Shown here piece after piece: positions 8,658 through 19,357 of a stretch of DNA of 64,000 nt (positions are counted from its first letter, which is position 1; the number at the start of each line of letters is the position of its first letter). Source of the DNA: a bacterium (GTDB lineage: Bacteria > UBA10199 > 2-02-FULL-50-16 > JAJFLM01). The notes below the pieces were generated by a model. The model worked only from the letters and a program-made list of their open reading frames with translations. It was not told the origin of the DNA and did no database searches. Position numbers and translations under genes: made by a program. The DNA is taken from NCBI GenBank assembly GCA_965216315.1, contig CBDCFN010000016.1:960001-1024000 (forward strand), read 5' to 3'.

Positions 8658-9428
8658 ATGCAGGCTACATGCTTATACGTCGATGACGACACCACTCAAC
8701 TTTCATTAATGGCTAAGACTCTTTGTCATGAATATCGAGTTTTGACCGCTTCATCTCCCGAACGTGCCTTAGATATATTAAAGGAATCTGACGTTCACGT
8801 GATCATGGTTGATTACATGATGCCGGAGATGACCGGGATAGACTTGGTTGAAAAGGCGCGAGAAATTCGTCCTGAGTCAATATATGTAGTCATTAGTGCC
8901 TATTCCGATCGCGAATATATTCTTGATGCGCTTAAAAGAGGCCATGTTTTTGATTATATCTTGAAGCCTTGGCGTCGCAGTGAGCTGATCAAGGTGATCG
9001 AAGAGGCTTTTAGCGTTTATCAGGAACGCCAGCTTAAGGCTGAAAAGCTTCGCACCTTGCAGGCGGAACGTGACGCTCTGGCCGAAAAGGCGAATGAGCT
9101 GGACGAGGTCCGTGACGAAAAGGACAAGCTTTCGATGGCGCTTCAAGGCTATCTCAGCCCGGAGGATCCGGAGGAAGATGGTCGTGTTCTGCTTGAAAAT
9201 ATTGAGCGAGCGAAAAAGCTCTCACTTAAAGAGACGCTCAAAAAGGCAGAAGGCAACATTTCGGAAGCGGCTCGTATGCTCGATCTTCCGGTATCGACCC
9301 TGTATTATCGCCTTAAGAAATATGGTTTGTTGCAAGCCAAGCCGGGCGAACAGCACGCGAGTTCAGGCAACGGACATCCCCAGTATGCGGATATCGTTTC
9401 TGGTGGTGTTGCTGAAGGAAGCGCCTAA
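8658..9428 (+). CDS. Response regulator: receiver - coiled coil - Fis-type HTH
   Basis: [18 protein letters not shown] receiver motifs. [36 protein letters not shown]. Confidence 0.85.
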   Translation: MQATCLYVDDDTTQLSLMAKTLCHEYRVLTASSPERALDILKESDVHVIMVDYMMPEMTGIDLVEKAREIRPESIYVVISAYSDREYILDALKRGHVFDYILKPWRRSELIKVIEEAFSVYQERQLKAEKLRTLQAERDALAEKANELDEVRDEKDKLSMALQGYLSPEDPEEDGRVLLENIERAKKLSLKETLKKAEGNISEAARMLDLPVSTLYYRLKKYGLLQAKPGEQHASSGNGHPQYADIVSGGVAEGSA

Positions 9429-9637
9429 GACGTTTGCTTCGCTTCGTCTTCTTGGTGATGATGGCCGACGAGTCCAGCGGCTATTTCGCGAAGTGACGTG
9501 ACCACTTCACGGTTTTTGCTGCGCACGAGTGGGTAGGAACCCTTAAAAAGTTCCTTCGCACGTTGGGCGGCAACATGGACCAGGATGAATCGGTTATCGA
9601 CGTGTTCGAGGCAATCTTCAACGGTAACGCGTGCCAT
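9425..9637 (-). CDS. rpoZ: RNA polymerase omega subunit
   Basis: [30 protein letters not shown]...SLREIAAG. Confidence 0.95.
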   Translation of the reverse strand: MARVTVEDCLEHVDNRFILVHVAAQRAKELFKGSYPLVRSKNREVVTSLREIAAGLVGHHHQEDEAKQTS

Positions 9638-9787
9638 ATAAGTTTCTCTCTTTTGTAGCTAAAAAGCGGTTCTAGCCTTGAGGCTGGGACCGTTTTTTTT
9701 GTCCATTGGTTGGGCGTTAGCCTACACTTCATGAGTGCACTGCGTCAAGGTTTCTACACAAATCCTGAGCATTTTCAATCGGTTAAA

Positions 9788-9816
9788 TTGACACGCCTCC
9801 GAGGGGAGCATACAAC
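9788..9816 (+). promoter_or_regulatory. Putative sigma70 promoter for the histidine kinase
   Basis: TTGACA-N17-TACAAC. Confidence 0.5.
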
Positions 9817-9827
9817 AGAGGGCGGCA

Positions 9828-11768
9828 ATGAATCAGGCCCTCCAACATTTGATGGATTTTCGCTACGCGGATTTCAACGCGCGGCATGTTTTTACGACGA
9901 AGCTTCGTCTGGTCATCTATGTTGGCTATTGGGTCCTGGTGATGGCCTTCTTTCCAGATCTTCTCTGGGCGGATAAGCCCATCATGTTCTGGATCAGCCT
10001 TACTTTTGTCGTGACGACGGTCTGTTACCATTTCATTCTGAACGAGCGCATCCCCTATATTCTGTTTATTGTGGAGCTGATGGCGGATGTCGCCGCGCAT
10101 ACGATCCTCATCTACATCACGGGTGGGGTGTCTTCTAAGTTGTTTGTCATTTACATTTTGTACTGCCTGGCGGGAGGGCTCATCTACAACTGGCGCGTAT
10201 CCGCTATTATTGCGACGCTCGCCGTTCTCTTTTATTCAGGTTTGATCCTCTCCCTTAAATTAGAGTGGGTCGAGCCGTTTACTTTCTTTATCGGTGTCGC
10301 CTGGTTTGGGCAGCCGGGTTATCAATGGTTGCTCAATTTTATTCTTTTAGTCGCCAGCCTGGGAGTGGCGGTCTACGGGAATAGTATTGCGACTTATTTT
10401 AACAAGCAGCGTGAAAGGGCTATTGAGGCACGTAACGTCGAGCTCATGGCGCTTAACCGGATTTCTTCAACCATACGGATGGTTGTTGATTTTCAGCGGG
10501 TGGTTGATGAGATTCTCCGCAATCTGACGCGGTCGCTGGGTTATCGTGCGGCATTGATGTTGATAGTCGATGAAGCCGCGAGCTGCGTGCGTATTTATGT
10601 CGAAAATCGTCGCTTAGCCAAAGAGGTCAGCGCCACGATGGGGTTTGACTTGCAGCAACTGAGGTTGCCTATCGATGACGAGGAAAACCCGGTCTATCAG
10701 GCGATGAAGCAACATAAACGTGTTTTGCGATCCGACCTTAAAGATATTGTCGGAGGTCTCGTCCCGAGCATTAAGCCGGAATTGGCCGCTCAAATTCAGG
10801 AAAAATACGGCTTTCAAAAACTCATCGCCGTGCCGCTGATTGCCGAGCAAAGCCTGGTCGGTGCGTTAATCGGTTTAACCGCGGCCGAATGGCTGTCGGA
10901 TGAAGATATTGCTGTGTTTGAACGCTATGCCGATCAAGCCGCCGTTGTATTGGATAACGCCGCCTTGATTGAAAAGTTACGTAAACAGAATGTTGAATTA
11001 GAACGAGTAAGCCAAGTGAAATCGGAATTCTTGGCCACGATGAGTCACGAGCTTAGGACGCCACTAACGGCGATTATTGGGTTCTCTGAATTGCTCCTGG
11101 AAGAGGTTTTGGGCCGGCTTTCGTCGGATCAAAAGGACAGTCTGACGGAAGTCCTCACCAATGCCGAAAATCTGCTCCAATTAATCAATAGCCTTTTAGA
11201 CCTCGCGAAGATTGAAGCTGGTAAGATGGATCTCAGTATCATGCCGGTTCATTTAGGGGATATTGCGGAGCGGGTTCATCGCACGGTATCCCCCTTGTTG
11301 CTGAAAAAGGGGCATCAGCTTGAAGTGGAGGTGCCGGCTGAACTCCCCATTCTATACGGGGATGAGCGCAAGATTCAGCAGACCCTGCTCAATCTGGTCT
11401 CGAATGCAATCAAGTTTACCGGCGAATTGGGGCAGATTCGCATTGAAGTGCGTCATTATGATAATATTGAGGGGTTAGATCGTTGGGCCGATGTGACCGA
11501 TATGCGCTTCCGGCACGGGGCCTTTGAGATTCTGGTCAAGGATACCGGCATCGGGATTGCGGAGAAGGATCTTTCTCACATTTTTGAATCGTTTCGCCAG
11601 GTCGACAGCTCATTCACGCGGAACTATCAAGGGACTGGGCTGGGCTTGGGTCTTTCGCAGCAGTTCGTGCAGATGCATCATGGGGTGATCAAGGCCGAGA
11701 GTGAGTTAGGCAAAGGGTCGACATTTTGCGTCCTCTTACCGCAGGGCCAGCCCCCGAGTGGCGATTGA
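9828..11768 (+). CDS. Membrane sensor histidine kinase (multi-TM, GAF, HisKA, HATPase_c)
   Basis: FLATMSHELRTPL H-box, NLVSNAIKFT, DTGIGI, GTGLGL. GAF region with AVPLI...AAVVLDNA. Confidence 0.92.
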   Translation: MNQALQHLMDFRYADFNARHVFTTKLRLVIYVGYWVLVMAFFPDLLWADKPIMFWISLTFVVTTVCYHFILNERIPYILFIVELMADVAAHTILIYITGGVSSKLFVIYILYCLAGGLIYNWRVSAIIATLAVLFYSGLILSLKLEWVEPFTFFIGVAWFGQPGYQWLLNFILLVASLGVAVYGNSIATYFNKQRERAIEARNVELMALNRISSTIRMVVDFQRVVDEILRNLTRSLGYRAALMLIVDEAASCVRIYVENRRLAKEVSATMGFDLQQLRLPIDDEENPVYQAMKQHKRVLRSDLKDIVGGLVPSIKPELAAQIQEKYGFQKLIAVPLIAEQSLVGALIGLTAAEWLSDEDIAVFERYADQAAVVLDNAALIEKLRKQNVELERVSQVKSEFLATMSHELRTPLTAIIGFSELLLEEVLGRLSSDQKDSLTEVLTNAENLLQLINSLLDLAKIEAGKMDLSIMPVHLGDIAERVHRTVSPLLLKKGHQLEVEVPAELPILYGDERKIQQTLLNLVSNAIKFTGELGQIRIEVRHYDNIEGLDRWADVTDMRFRHGAFEILVKDTGIGIAEKDLSHIFESFRQVDSSFTRNYQGTGLGLGLSQQFVQMHHGVIKAESELGKGSTFCVLLPQGQPPSGD

Positions 11769-11851
11769 AATCATGTAAAAAAGCTTTGAAAGTTGCATAA
11801 TTGATGGTAAAATTAGATATAATTAATGATAAGAGAGGTAGGTGAGGAGTC

Positions 11852-12814
11852 GTGGCTACCATTAAGAAATACCTGTGGGTGGCCCACCTCTTTGCGATCG
11901 CGGTCTGTGCGTATTTTGTCGCCCAGACGGTCACGACCTATTTATCGATGTTTCTCGTGGAGGAGACGGGGCGAACGGCGACAGCACGGCCTAAGAGCCC
12001 TGAAGAAAGTCGCATTCTACTGGGGCAGGTAAGTGGGTATGACCCGGTAATCGAACGGAATGTCTTTAATTCGGCAAAAATTCCCGTCAACGTGGAATTG
12101 CCAAAGGAGGACATAAAAAAGACAGCTGTCGATCTTGAGGGACCAGCTGTAAAAACTTCTTTGAATATTAAGGTGTTAGGGACTTTAGTCGTTGATGGGG
12201 GCAAGGATAGGCGTTCCTCGGCGACGATCGTAGGCGGAAAAAGCCGCAAACCCGGTGTTTATTTTGTACTCGGGGACGAGGTCTTTGAGGATGGCGTTGA
12301 GCTCGTCCGGGTCAAAAAACATCGCATCGAGTTTACGAATAAAGGGCGGCTTGAATATGCCATGCTCGAGGGGATTTCGGAGGATATCACCCTCTTTGCC
12401 CGTGCAGAGGATGTGCATGGCAAGTCAGATGGCAAGAAGCATCCGAGTAAGAGGAAAACGCCGAAAAGCCGGGAGAGCGCACCGAAGGCCTCAGGCGATA
12501 AACATTTTGTAATCGACCAGCGCGAAGTGGATGAAGCGCTGGCCAATTTAGATCGCTTATATACCGAAGTCAGGATTGTTCCTAACTTCAGAGATGGGCA
12601 GCCGGCCGGGATGAAAATTCTAGCGGTTAAGCCGGGCAGTATTTTTAGTAAGTTGGGACTGCGCAGGGGTGACGTATTGGAAAGAATCAATGGGATGGAA
12701 TTAGACATCAAACGGGGCATGGAGCTGTTTGCTCAACTGAGGGATCAGAAAAACCTCAAGATCGACCTCGTTCGTCGTGGCAAAAACGAAACGCTAGAAT
12801 ATGAAATCAAATAA
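11852..12814 (+). CDS. gspC: Type II secretion system protein C (TM, HR domain, PDZ)
   Basis: N-terminal TM, RNVF, C-terminal PDZ (GLRRGDVLERING). First gene of the gsp operon. Confidence 0.85.
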   Translation: MATIKKYLWVAHLFAIAVCAYFVAQTVTTYLSMFLVEETGRTATARPKSPEESRILLGQVSGYDPVIERNVFNSAKIPVNVELPKEDIKKTAVDLEGPAVKTSLNIKVLGTLVVDGGKDRRSSATIVGGKSRKPGVYFVLGDEVFEDGVELVRVKKHRIEFTNKGRLEYAMLEGISEDITLFARAEDVHGKSDGKKHPSKRKTPKSRESAPKASGDKHFVIDQREVDEALANLDRLYTEVRIVPNFRDGQPAGMKILAVKPGSIFSKLGLRRGDVLERINGMELDIKRGMELFAQLRDQKNLKIDLVRRGKNETLEYEIK

Positions 12815-15767
12815 ATTTTACTTTAGTGTACTGACAGGATTGTTGAGCCTGCTGCTTCAGATTAACTTAATCTCGGCAGCGGAATTGACACCCAATGTAA
12901 CGAATCCTGCGCAAAAGACACCACCGGAGGCGGGATCTGATGTCGGTGGTATCAAGGTTCCGCCAGCGGTTCCGCTGGATAAATTATCTTCACCAAGTAA
13001 GGCGCCAAGTGTGGCGGCTAAGAAAAGCGGTGAAACCCCGGCGGTAAAGACAACGACTCCACCGCCTGCCCCCAAACCGGTAGAGAAGGCGGAGAGGCAA
13101 ACCATTAAGGCCTCCGGCCAAGCGGCGGGTGCCACAACAGATGAGGGTGGGACGACGACCGCAACAACGCCACAGCCAGCACCATCCGCTGAAACCGCCG
13201 AGAAAGCGGTGGCGGCTCCGGATACGGCTCCTTTAGAAAAACTCGTTGGAAGCATTGAAGATGAAGGGGGGCCTGCTGGTAGTGCGACCTCGACCGTATC
13301 GCAACCCTTGCGCGCGGCGGATGAGAAGACGGTCGAAACCGCCGAGAAAAAGCGCGAAGAAGAAGGCGTCTTCTTTAACGTTGCCGGTGAGGATATACGA
13401 GAAATTATTAAGCAAATTAGCCGGGTGACGGGGACGAATTTTATCTTAGATGACAAAATCCGCGGTGAAGTCACCATTATCAGCGAAAAGAAAATGACCA
13501 AAGAAGAGGTCTATGAGGCCTTCTTGTCGGCCTTGGATGTCGCGGGCTATACGACCGTTCCCGGACCGGCGGGTTTGACTAAGATTGTTAAAAAACGGGA
13601 TGCCCTTACGCGGCCGATCCCTATTTACACCGACAAAACGCCCTACACCGATAAGTTTATCACTCGATTGGTCACGCTGAAAAATATCAGTGCCATCGAT
13701 ATGGCGAATGCCATTAAGGGCCTGGTTTCTAAAGAAGGGAATCTGTTTGCGTATCCGGCGACAAATACCCTGATTATTACGGATACAGGGACCAATATTG
13801 AGCGGATTGTGCGCATGGTGCAGGAATTGGATACGGAGGGTCCACAAGAAGTCCTCGAAATCATTCATATCGAATACGCCGATGTCAAAGACATGGCGGA
13901 TAAGATTTCCAAGCTTTTTGGCGGGACTCAACAGACCACGTCTCGCCGGACGAGCCGACGACGTGGCAAAGCGGCAACGCAGACTCAAGAAGCCCTGCCG
14001 ACCGTCAATAAGATTATTTCGGATGAGCGGACGAACTCGCTGATCGTGTTGGCTTCCAAAATTACGATTGCCAAGGTTAAAGATATTATTCGGCGCCTCG
14101 ATCGTCCCCTGATAGGTCCGGAAGAAGGCGATATCCACGTCTTGTATCTTAAAAATGCAAAAGCGAGTGAGATGGCGGAAGTTTTAACCGGCGTGACTCA
14201 GGCGGCCAAGAAGGCCAAGCAAGAGACTAAAAAGACGACGACGAGAGCTAAGCGGCCAAGTGTCCCGCAGGCGGAATTTGAAGGTCTGTTTGGGAGTATT
14301 AAGTCCATCAAAGCGGATGATAATACGAATTCACTGATAGTCCAGGCGAACGCCAAAGACTTTCGCCTCTTGGTGGACCGTATTATTGCCAAGCTCGATA
14401 TCCCCAGGCGTCAGGTTTATATCGAAGCTAACATCATGGAGATCGGTTTAAGGCAGGGGCGAGAGCTGGGAACCGGTATTCTTGGGGGGAAAACGTTTAG
14501 TGTCGGTGGGAATGAATTGGCACTCTTCGGAAATACCTTTCCGTTTATTCCGGACATAACTTCAACTTCTGGAGTGGGAGGCGCAACGACTCAGAACCCG
14601 ATTTCACTAACGCCGCCGTTCTCGGATAATCCGATTAATTTCCCCAAGTTTTTCGCCGCATTTATTGCCCAGTCCGATGAAGCCGAGCTGAATATCCTGT
14701 CGTCACCCAATATCCTCACGCTGGACAACACGGAAGCTCGCATCAAGGTCGGTGATACGATTCCATTCTTGACCGGGAGCGCTTTAACGACGGGAGGCGT
14801 GCAAACGTCCAATATTCAACGTGAAGATGTCGCTCTTGAGCTGAAGGTGAAGCCACAGATAACGGAAGGTGACAACGTTCGTCTGGAAATAAAACAGAAG
14901 ATAGAAGATTTTAGTGAAGCTTCCAATCCGCTTGAGGCGACCGCAGGGCCTGCAACCAGTATTCGTGAGATCGAATCGGAGATTGTTGTGCCCGATAAAC
15001 GGACGATAGTCTTGGGTGGTCTGATGCAAGATAGGGAGTCGTCTAGAAAAACGAAGATCCCACTGCTGGGCGATATTCCTATCCTTGGTTACTTATTTAA
15101 AGGGACCTCGCATTCGAAGACTAAAATTAATTTGCTCATCTTTCTGACGCCGACGATTATCCGCGAGCCCGGTGATTTTCTTGCCGTGTTGAAACAGCGT
15201 ATCGAGCAAAGAAATCGCTTTATTGATGATCATTTTGGAGAGCGGGCACGTAAGAGAATACGCGGGACCATCGAACGACATAATACGGCGCTATTGAACT
15301 TTCAAACGGCGACTTCGCCTTTGAGTGAACCTGGCATATTGCCAACGGATCCTCTCGTGGGCTCTCCGGAGCTGCAGATGGATGCTGGCGATGCGGCACC
15401 GCCGAGTTCCGACCTGAGTATCGATGGGGAACTGACCGCGCTTCCGCCGGCAGCAGAAGCCGGTTACGATGAAGAGCCAACTACAAGTCGTCGCCAGGTG
15501 CAAAAGGGCAGGCGTTCGAAGTTGAAAAAAGGGCGCGTATCGAGATCCGGTCCGGATACGTCAGTCCAGCAACCCTCACCGCCACCGCCGGCGCCGCCGG
15601 CCCCTCGGATTGCTACGGAGCCTCCGGTGACGAATGGTGTCTCCAACGGGGCTGCCTCCTCACCGCCGCCGACCGCCGCTCCCACGCCGCCACCCCCGGC
15701 ACCTCAGCAGGAAGCGGCGGCTCCCAACGGCTCAGGCATGCCCAATGATATAGATCTTGCCTTCTAG
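12801..15767 (+). CDS. gspD: Type II secretion system secretin D
   Basis: N-domains (DIREIIKQIS, DERTNSLIV), LDIPRRQVYIEA, ILSSPNILTLDN, KIPLLGDIPILGYLF. Confidence 0.95.
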   Translation: MKSNKFYFSVLTGLLSLLLQINLISAAELTPNVTNPAQKTPPEAGSDVGGIKVPPAVPLDKLSSPSKAPSVAAKKSGETPAVKTTTPPPAPKPVEKAERQTIKASGQAAGATTDEGGTTTATTPQPAPSAETAEKAVAAPDTAPLEKLVGSIEDEGGPAGSATSTVSQPLRAADEKTVETAEKKREEEGVFFNVAGEDIREIIKQISRVTGTNFILDDKIRGEVTIISEKKMTKEEVYEAFLSALDVAGYTTVPGPAGLTKIVKKRDALTRPIPIYTDKTPYTDKFITRLVTLKNISAIDMANAIKGLVSKEGNLFAYPATNTLIITDTGTNIERIVRMVQELDTEGPQEVLEIIHIEYADVKDMADKISKLFGGTQQTTSRRTSRRRGKAATQTQEALPTVNKIISDERTNSLIVLASKITIAKVKDIIRRLDRPLIGPEEGDIHVLYLKNAKASEMAEVLTGVTQAAKKAKQETKKTTTRAKRPSVPQAEFEGLFGSIKSIKADDNTNSLIVQANAKDFRLLVDRIIAKLDIPRRQVYIEANIMEIGLRQGRELGTGILGGKTFSVGGNELALFGNTFPFIPDITSTSGVGGATTQNPISLTPPFSDNPINFPKFFAAFIAQSDEAELNILSSPNILTLDNTEARIKVGDTIPFLTGSALTTGGVQTSNIQREDVALELKVKPQITEGDNVRLEIKQKIEDFSEASNPLEATAGPATSIREIESEIVVPDKRTIVLGGLMQDRESSRKTKIPLLGDIPILGYLFKGTSHSKTKINLLIFLTPTIIREPGDFLAVLKQRIEQRNRFIDDHFGERARKRIRGTIERHNTALLNFQTATSPLSEPGILPTDPLVGSPELQMDAGDAAPPSSDLSIDGELTALPPAAEAGYDEEPTTSRRQVQKGRRSKLKKGRVSRSGPDTSVQQPSPPPPAPPAPRIATEPPVTNGVSNGAASSPPPTAAPTPPPPAPQQEAAAPNGSGMPNDIDLAF

Positions 15768-15871
15768 CGTTGATGCAATAAACTGAATGATCCAGAGCAG
15801 TTACGGCGTATTCAATTGTCGGCATTGCGCGGATCTGTTATACTGGCCGATGGTGTGCAGAGGGCATAATA

Positions 15872-17602
15872 ATGGAAGATAGAAGCCTGGGAGCAATCCT
15901 GCTTGAAAACAGCAGTCTGAGCCAAGAACAGCTCGATGAAGCCCTGAAAGTTCAGAAAGAAAAGGGCTTTCGCTTGGGTGATGCGCTCATTCAATTAAAA
16001 TATCTGCGTTCGGAGGATATTCTTAAGGCCCTTTCGATCCAGTTAGGCATGCCTTATGCCAATAAAATTGAAGCCGACGAAATTCCTTTAGAGCTCGCTT
16101 CTCAGGTTTCTCTGAATTACGCGAAAAATCATGAGGTGATTCCGCTGGAAAGAACAGCCGCTAAAGTGCGCGTCGCGATGGCGGACCCCTTTGACCACTA
16201 CACTATTGACGACTTGCGGGTTCTCTTTGGCTGCACGATCGAGCCGAAGATCGCGAGCTCGTATGAAATTATTTCTGCCATCAACGTTGTTTACAATAAA
16301 ATCTCTGAGGTCCAGGGCGAAGGCGTCAACGAACTCCAGGATGAAAACTTGGATAGTATTGGGCAGGAGATGGAGGAAGTGCAGGATTTACTGGAATCGG
16401 GGGATGAAGCGCCTATTATCCGCCTCGTCAACTCGTTGCTGTTTAGGGCCGTTAAACAGCAAGCCTCTGATATGCATATCGAACCATTCGAAAAAGAACT
16501 GCTCGTGCGATTCCGCGTTGACGGCGTACTCTATGATATTATGCGCCCCCCCAAGAAGGCGATGGCGGCGATTATCTCGCGTATTAAAATCATGGCAAAT
16601 TTGAATATTGCGGAAAAACGTTTGCCGCAAGATGGACGTATTCGAATCAAAGTGGCTGGTAAGGATGTTGATATTCGTGTTTCTTCAGTGCCAACAGCGT
16701 ATGGAGAATCCATCGTCATGCGTTTATTAGATAAGAGTAAGGGCATACTCGACCTTGACAAAATTGGGATTTCGGAGCGCGTGCTTGATAAGCTTAAAGA
16801 ACTTATTACGCGCCCTCATGGAATCATCCTCGTGACCGGTCCGACGGGTAGTGGTAAAACGACAACTCTTTATGCTGCTTTATCTCGAATCAATACGATT
16901 GATAAAAAGATTCTGACGACCGAAGACCCTGTCGAATATCAGATCGATGGGATTAATCAAATACCCGTTAATGCCTCCATAGGTTTGACGTTTGCAGCTG
17001 GTTTGAGGTCAATCTTACGCCAAGACCCTGACGTGGTCATGGTTGGTGAGATTCGTGATGCGGAGACTGCCGAAATCGCCGTGCAAGCATCGCTGACCGG
17101 TCATTTGGTTTTTTCAACTTTGCATACTAACGATGCTCCCTCGAGTGCGACACGAATTTGCGATATGGGTATCGAACCGTTCCTGGTTTCTTCATCGGTT
17201 ATTGCCATAATTGCTCAACGTCTGGTGCGTACTGTCTGTAAAGATTGTGCCAAAAAATATACGCCGACGGAGGAACAGTTGGCGGAAATGGGGAAGACAT
17301 TAAAGGATTTAAAGGGAAGGCAGCTCTATAAAGCTGTAGGGTGCTCAAATTGTATTGAGACCGGATATGTAGGTCGAACCGGTATTCATGAGCTCATGAT
17401 CATGGATGACGCGCTCAGGGCGCAACTTATGAAGAGTACAGAAGCGACGCAGCTCAAGAAATTAGCCGTGGAACGTGGTATGTGGACACTGCGTGATGAT
17501 GGAGTTGATAAGGCCATCCGGGGAGAGACAACCTTAGAAGAAGTCTTCCGAGTCACCGCCGAAGAAGCTGTGGAAGAAGATCCTTCGATAACGGCGGCTT
17601 AG
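15872..17602 (+). CDS. gspE: Type II secretion ATPase E
   Basis: MshEN-like N-terminus, ASDMHIEP, GPTGSGKTT, LRQDPDVVMVGEIRD, CxxC...CxxC. Confidence 0.95.
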   Translation: MEDRSLGAILLENSSLSQEQLDEALKVQKEKGFRLGDALIQLKYLRSEDILKALSIQLGMPYANKIEADEIPLELASQVSLNYAKNHEVIPLERTAAKVRVAMADPFDHYTIDDLRVLFGCTIEPKIASSYEIISAINVVYNKISEVQGEGVNELQDENLDSIGQEMEEVQDLLESGDEAPIIRLVNSLLFRAVKQQASDMHIEPFEKELLVRFRVDGVLYDIMRPPKKAMAAIISRIKIMANLNIAEKRLPQDGRIRIKVAGKDVDIRVSSVPTAYGESIVMRLLDKSKGILDLDKIGISERVLDKLKELITRPHGIILVTGPTGSGKTTTLYAALSRINTIDKKILTTEDPVEYQIDGINQIPVNASIGLTFAAGLRSILRQDPDVVMVGEIRDAETAEIAVQASLTGHLVFSTLHTNDAPSSATRICDMGIEPFLVSSSVIAIIAQRLVRTVCKDCAKKYTPTEEQLAEMGKTLKDLKGRQLYKAVGCSNCIETGYVGRTGIHELMIMDDALRAQLMKSTEATQLKKLAVERGMWTLRDDGVDKAIRGETTLEEVFRVTAEEAVEEDPSITAA

Positions 17603-17637
17603 CTTGGGTCTATCAGTCACTGATATAATTCATTTAT

Positions 17638-18867
17638 ATGGCAGTCTATAATTATAAGGGCATGGATAAGGCTGGCAAGAAGGCCAGCGGTGTGATTGAG
17701 GCTGATTCGGTCAAATCGGCACGAATGAAATTGCGTCGTACGGGTGTCTTTCCAACCGACATTGTGCCAGAAGGAGCTAAAGGTGCTGGATTTAGCCTTT
17801 CTGCCGATGTTGATATCGGTAAATACTTCGAGAGAGTAAAAACCAAAGATTTGGCCGTCATGACGCGCCAACTCTCTACGCTTATTTCGGCGAATGTCCC
17901 GCTGGTTGAATCACTGAGTGCTTTGGTTGATCAAACGGCTAACTCCAAACTTAAGAAAGTTATTGCGGACATTAAAAGTAAAGTGATGGAGGGCGAGAGG
18001 CTTTCCGATGCTTGCAAGACTCATTCTAAGGTGTTTCCCGAGATATTTGTGCATATGATTTCCGCTGGTGAGGCTTCGGGTGCGTTGGATACGGTTTTGG
18101 ACCGTTTGGCAGGTTTTATGGAGAGTCAGGCCGCGCTAAAGAGCAAGATAATGGGTGCGATGATGTACCCCATTATTATGACAGTGGTTGGCTTAGGCCT
18201 GATTGGATTTCTGGTCGCCTATGTTGTCCCCAAAATTACCAAAATATTTGAGGACGTTGAGGCCACATTGCCGCTGCCAACGCGCTTTCTGATTTGGCTC
18301 AGCGATGCCCTGACTAATTACTGGTATTTATTTATTCTTCTAGCCGTTCTCCTGTTTTTCGCCTTTAAGAAAGTAGTGAAGACGACGCGCGGGCGTGAGC
18401 TATATGATCGCTTTCGCTTGAAGTTGCCATTGTTTGGCAGTTTGAATCGAATGGTCGCATTATCACGTTTTTCTCGGACGCTATCGACCTTGATGACGAG
18501 CGGGGTTCAGCTGTTGAGTGCGCTCGATATCGTTAAAAATATTGTTGAAAATGTTATGCTTGTAAGGGCGGTCGAAGATACGAAAAATAGCGTCCGCGAA
18601 GGTGAGTCCATTGCGGTCCCTTTGCAACGAAGCGGCCAATTTCCACCCCTGGTGGTCCATATGGTGGGGATTGGTGAAAAAACGGGGAATCTTGAAGTCA
18701 TGTTAGAGCGAGTGGCGGATACTTATGATATGGAAGTTGATAATACAGTCTCGTCTTTAACGACGCTCTTAGAGCCACTCATGATACTTGTGATGGGTGG
18801 AATTGTGGCTTTTATCGTTATGTCGATCTTGCTGCCAATCCTTCAGCTGAATGAGTTGGGAGCTTAA
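17638..18867 (+). CDS. gspF: Type II secretion inner-membrane platform protein F
   Basis: TRQLSTL, AGEASGAL, AMMYP, GEKTGNL, LLEP. Confidence 0.95.
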   Translation: MAVYNYKGMDKAGKKASGVIEADSVKSARMKLRRTGVFPTDIVPEGAKGAGFSLSADVDIGKYFERVKTKDLAVMTRQLSTLISANVPLVESLSALVDQTANSKLKKVIADIKSKVMEGERLSDACKTHSKVFPEIFVHMISAGEASGALDTVLDRLAGFMESQAALKSKIMGAMMYPIIMTVVGLGLIGFLVAYVVPKITKIFEDVEATLPLPTRFLIWLSDALTNYWYLFILLAVLLFFAFKKVVKTTRGRELYDRFRLKLPLFGSLNRMVALSRFSRTLSTLMTSGVQLLSALDIVKNIVENVMLVRAVEDTKNSVREGESIAVPLQRSGQFPPLVVHMVGIGEKTGNLEVMLERVADTYDMEVDNTVSSLTTLLEPLMILVMGGIVAFIVMSILLPILQLNELGA

Positions 18868-18907
18868 AAGGTTTGGGTGTAATTATTAAATACGGAGGTA
18901 AGTAAGC

Positions 18908-19357
18908 ATGAAGCACCGAAGCACTAAAAGAGAATTGGGTATGACCCTGATCGAAATTATGGTCGTGGTCACAATTCTGGGAATTCTCGCGACCATTGTA
19001 ACCGTCAATGTTCTCGATCGTCTGGATCAAGCCAAGGTAAGTGCCGCGGTGACGCAGATGAAAAATCTTGAGGGTGCACTTGATGAGTTCAGGCGAGATA
19101 ACGGGTTTTATCCATCGACCGAGCAGGGTTTGAAATCCTTGATTGAGAAACCGACTGTCGGTCGTGAGGCAAAACGTTATCCCCGCAATGGTTATCTTAA
19201 AGGGAACGAGGTTCCACGTGATCCCTGGGACTGTGACTTTATTTATAATAGTCCTGGTCTTCAAGGGAACCCTTACGAAATCACTTCGCTGGGCTCTGAT
19301 TGCGCCGAGGGGGGTGAGGATGCCGATGCCGACATCAAGAGCTGGGAGTCTCAGTAA
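18908..19357 (+). CDS. gspG: Major pseudopilin G
   Basis: G-MTLIE prepilin motif, DNGFYPSTEQGL, DPW, SLGSD...GGED..ADI. Confidence 0.95.
   Translation: MKHRSTKRELGMTLIEIMVVVTILGILATIVTVNVLDRLDQAKVSAAVTQMKNLEGALDEFRRDNGFYPSTEQGLKSLIEKPTVGREAKRYPRNGYLKGNEVPRDPWDCDFIYNSPGLQGNPYEITSLGSDCAEGGEDADADIKSWESQ

Noticed and set aside
12857..14138. Long antisense ORFs inside gspD (also 32353..33075 inside the amidase and similar shadows elsewhere)
   Set aside because: Shadow frames of well-supported genes, with no motifs or RBS.
15570..15710. CCG-rich repeats
   Set aside because: Explained by poly-Pro codons in the GspD tail, not a DNA repeat element.
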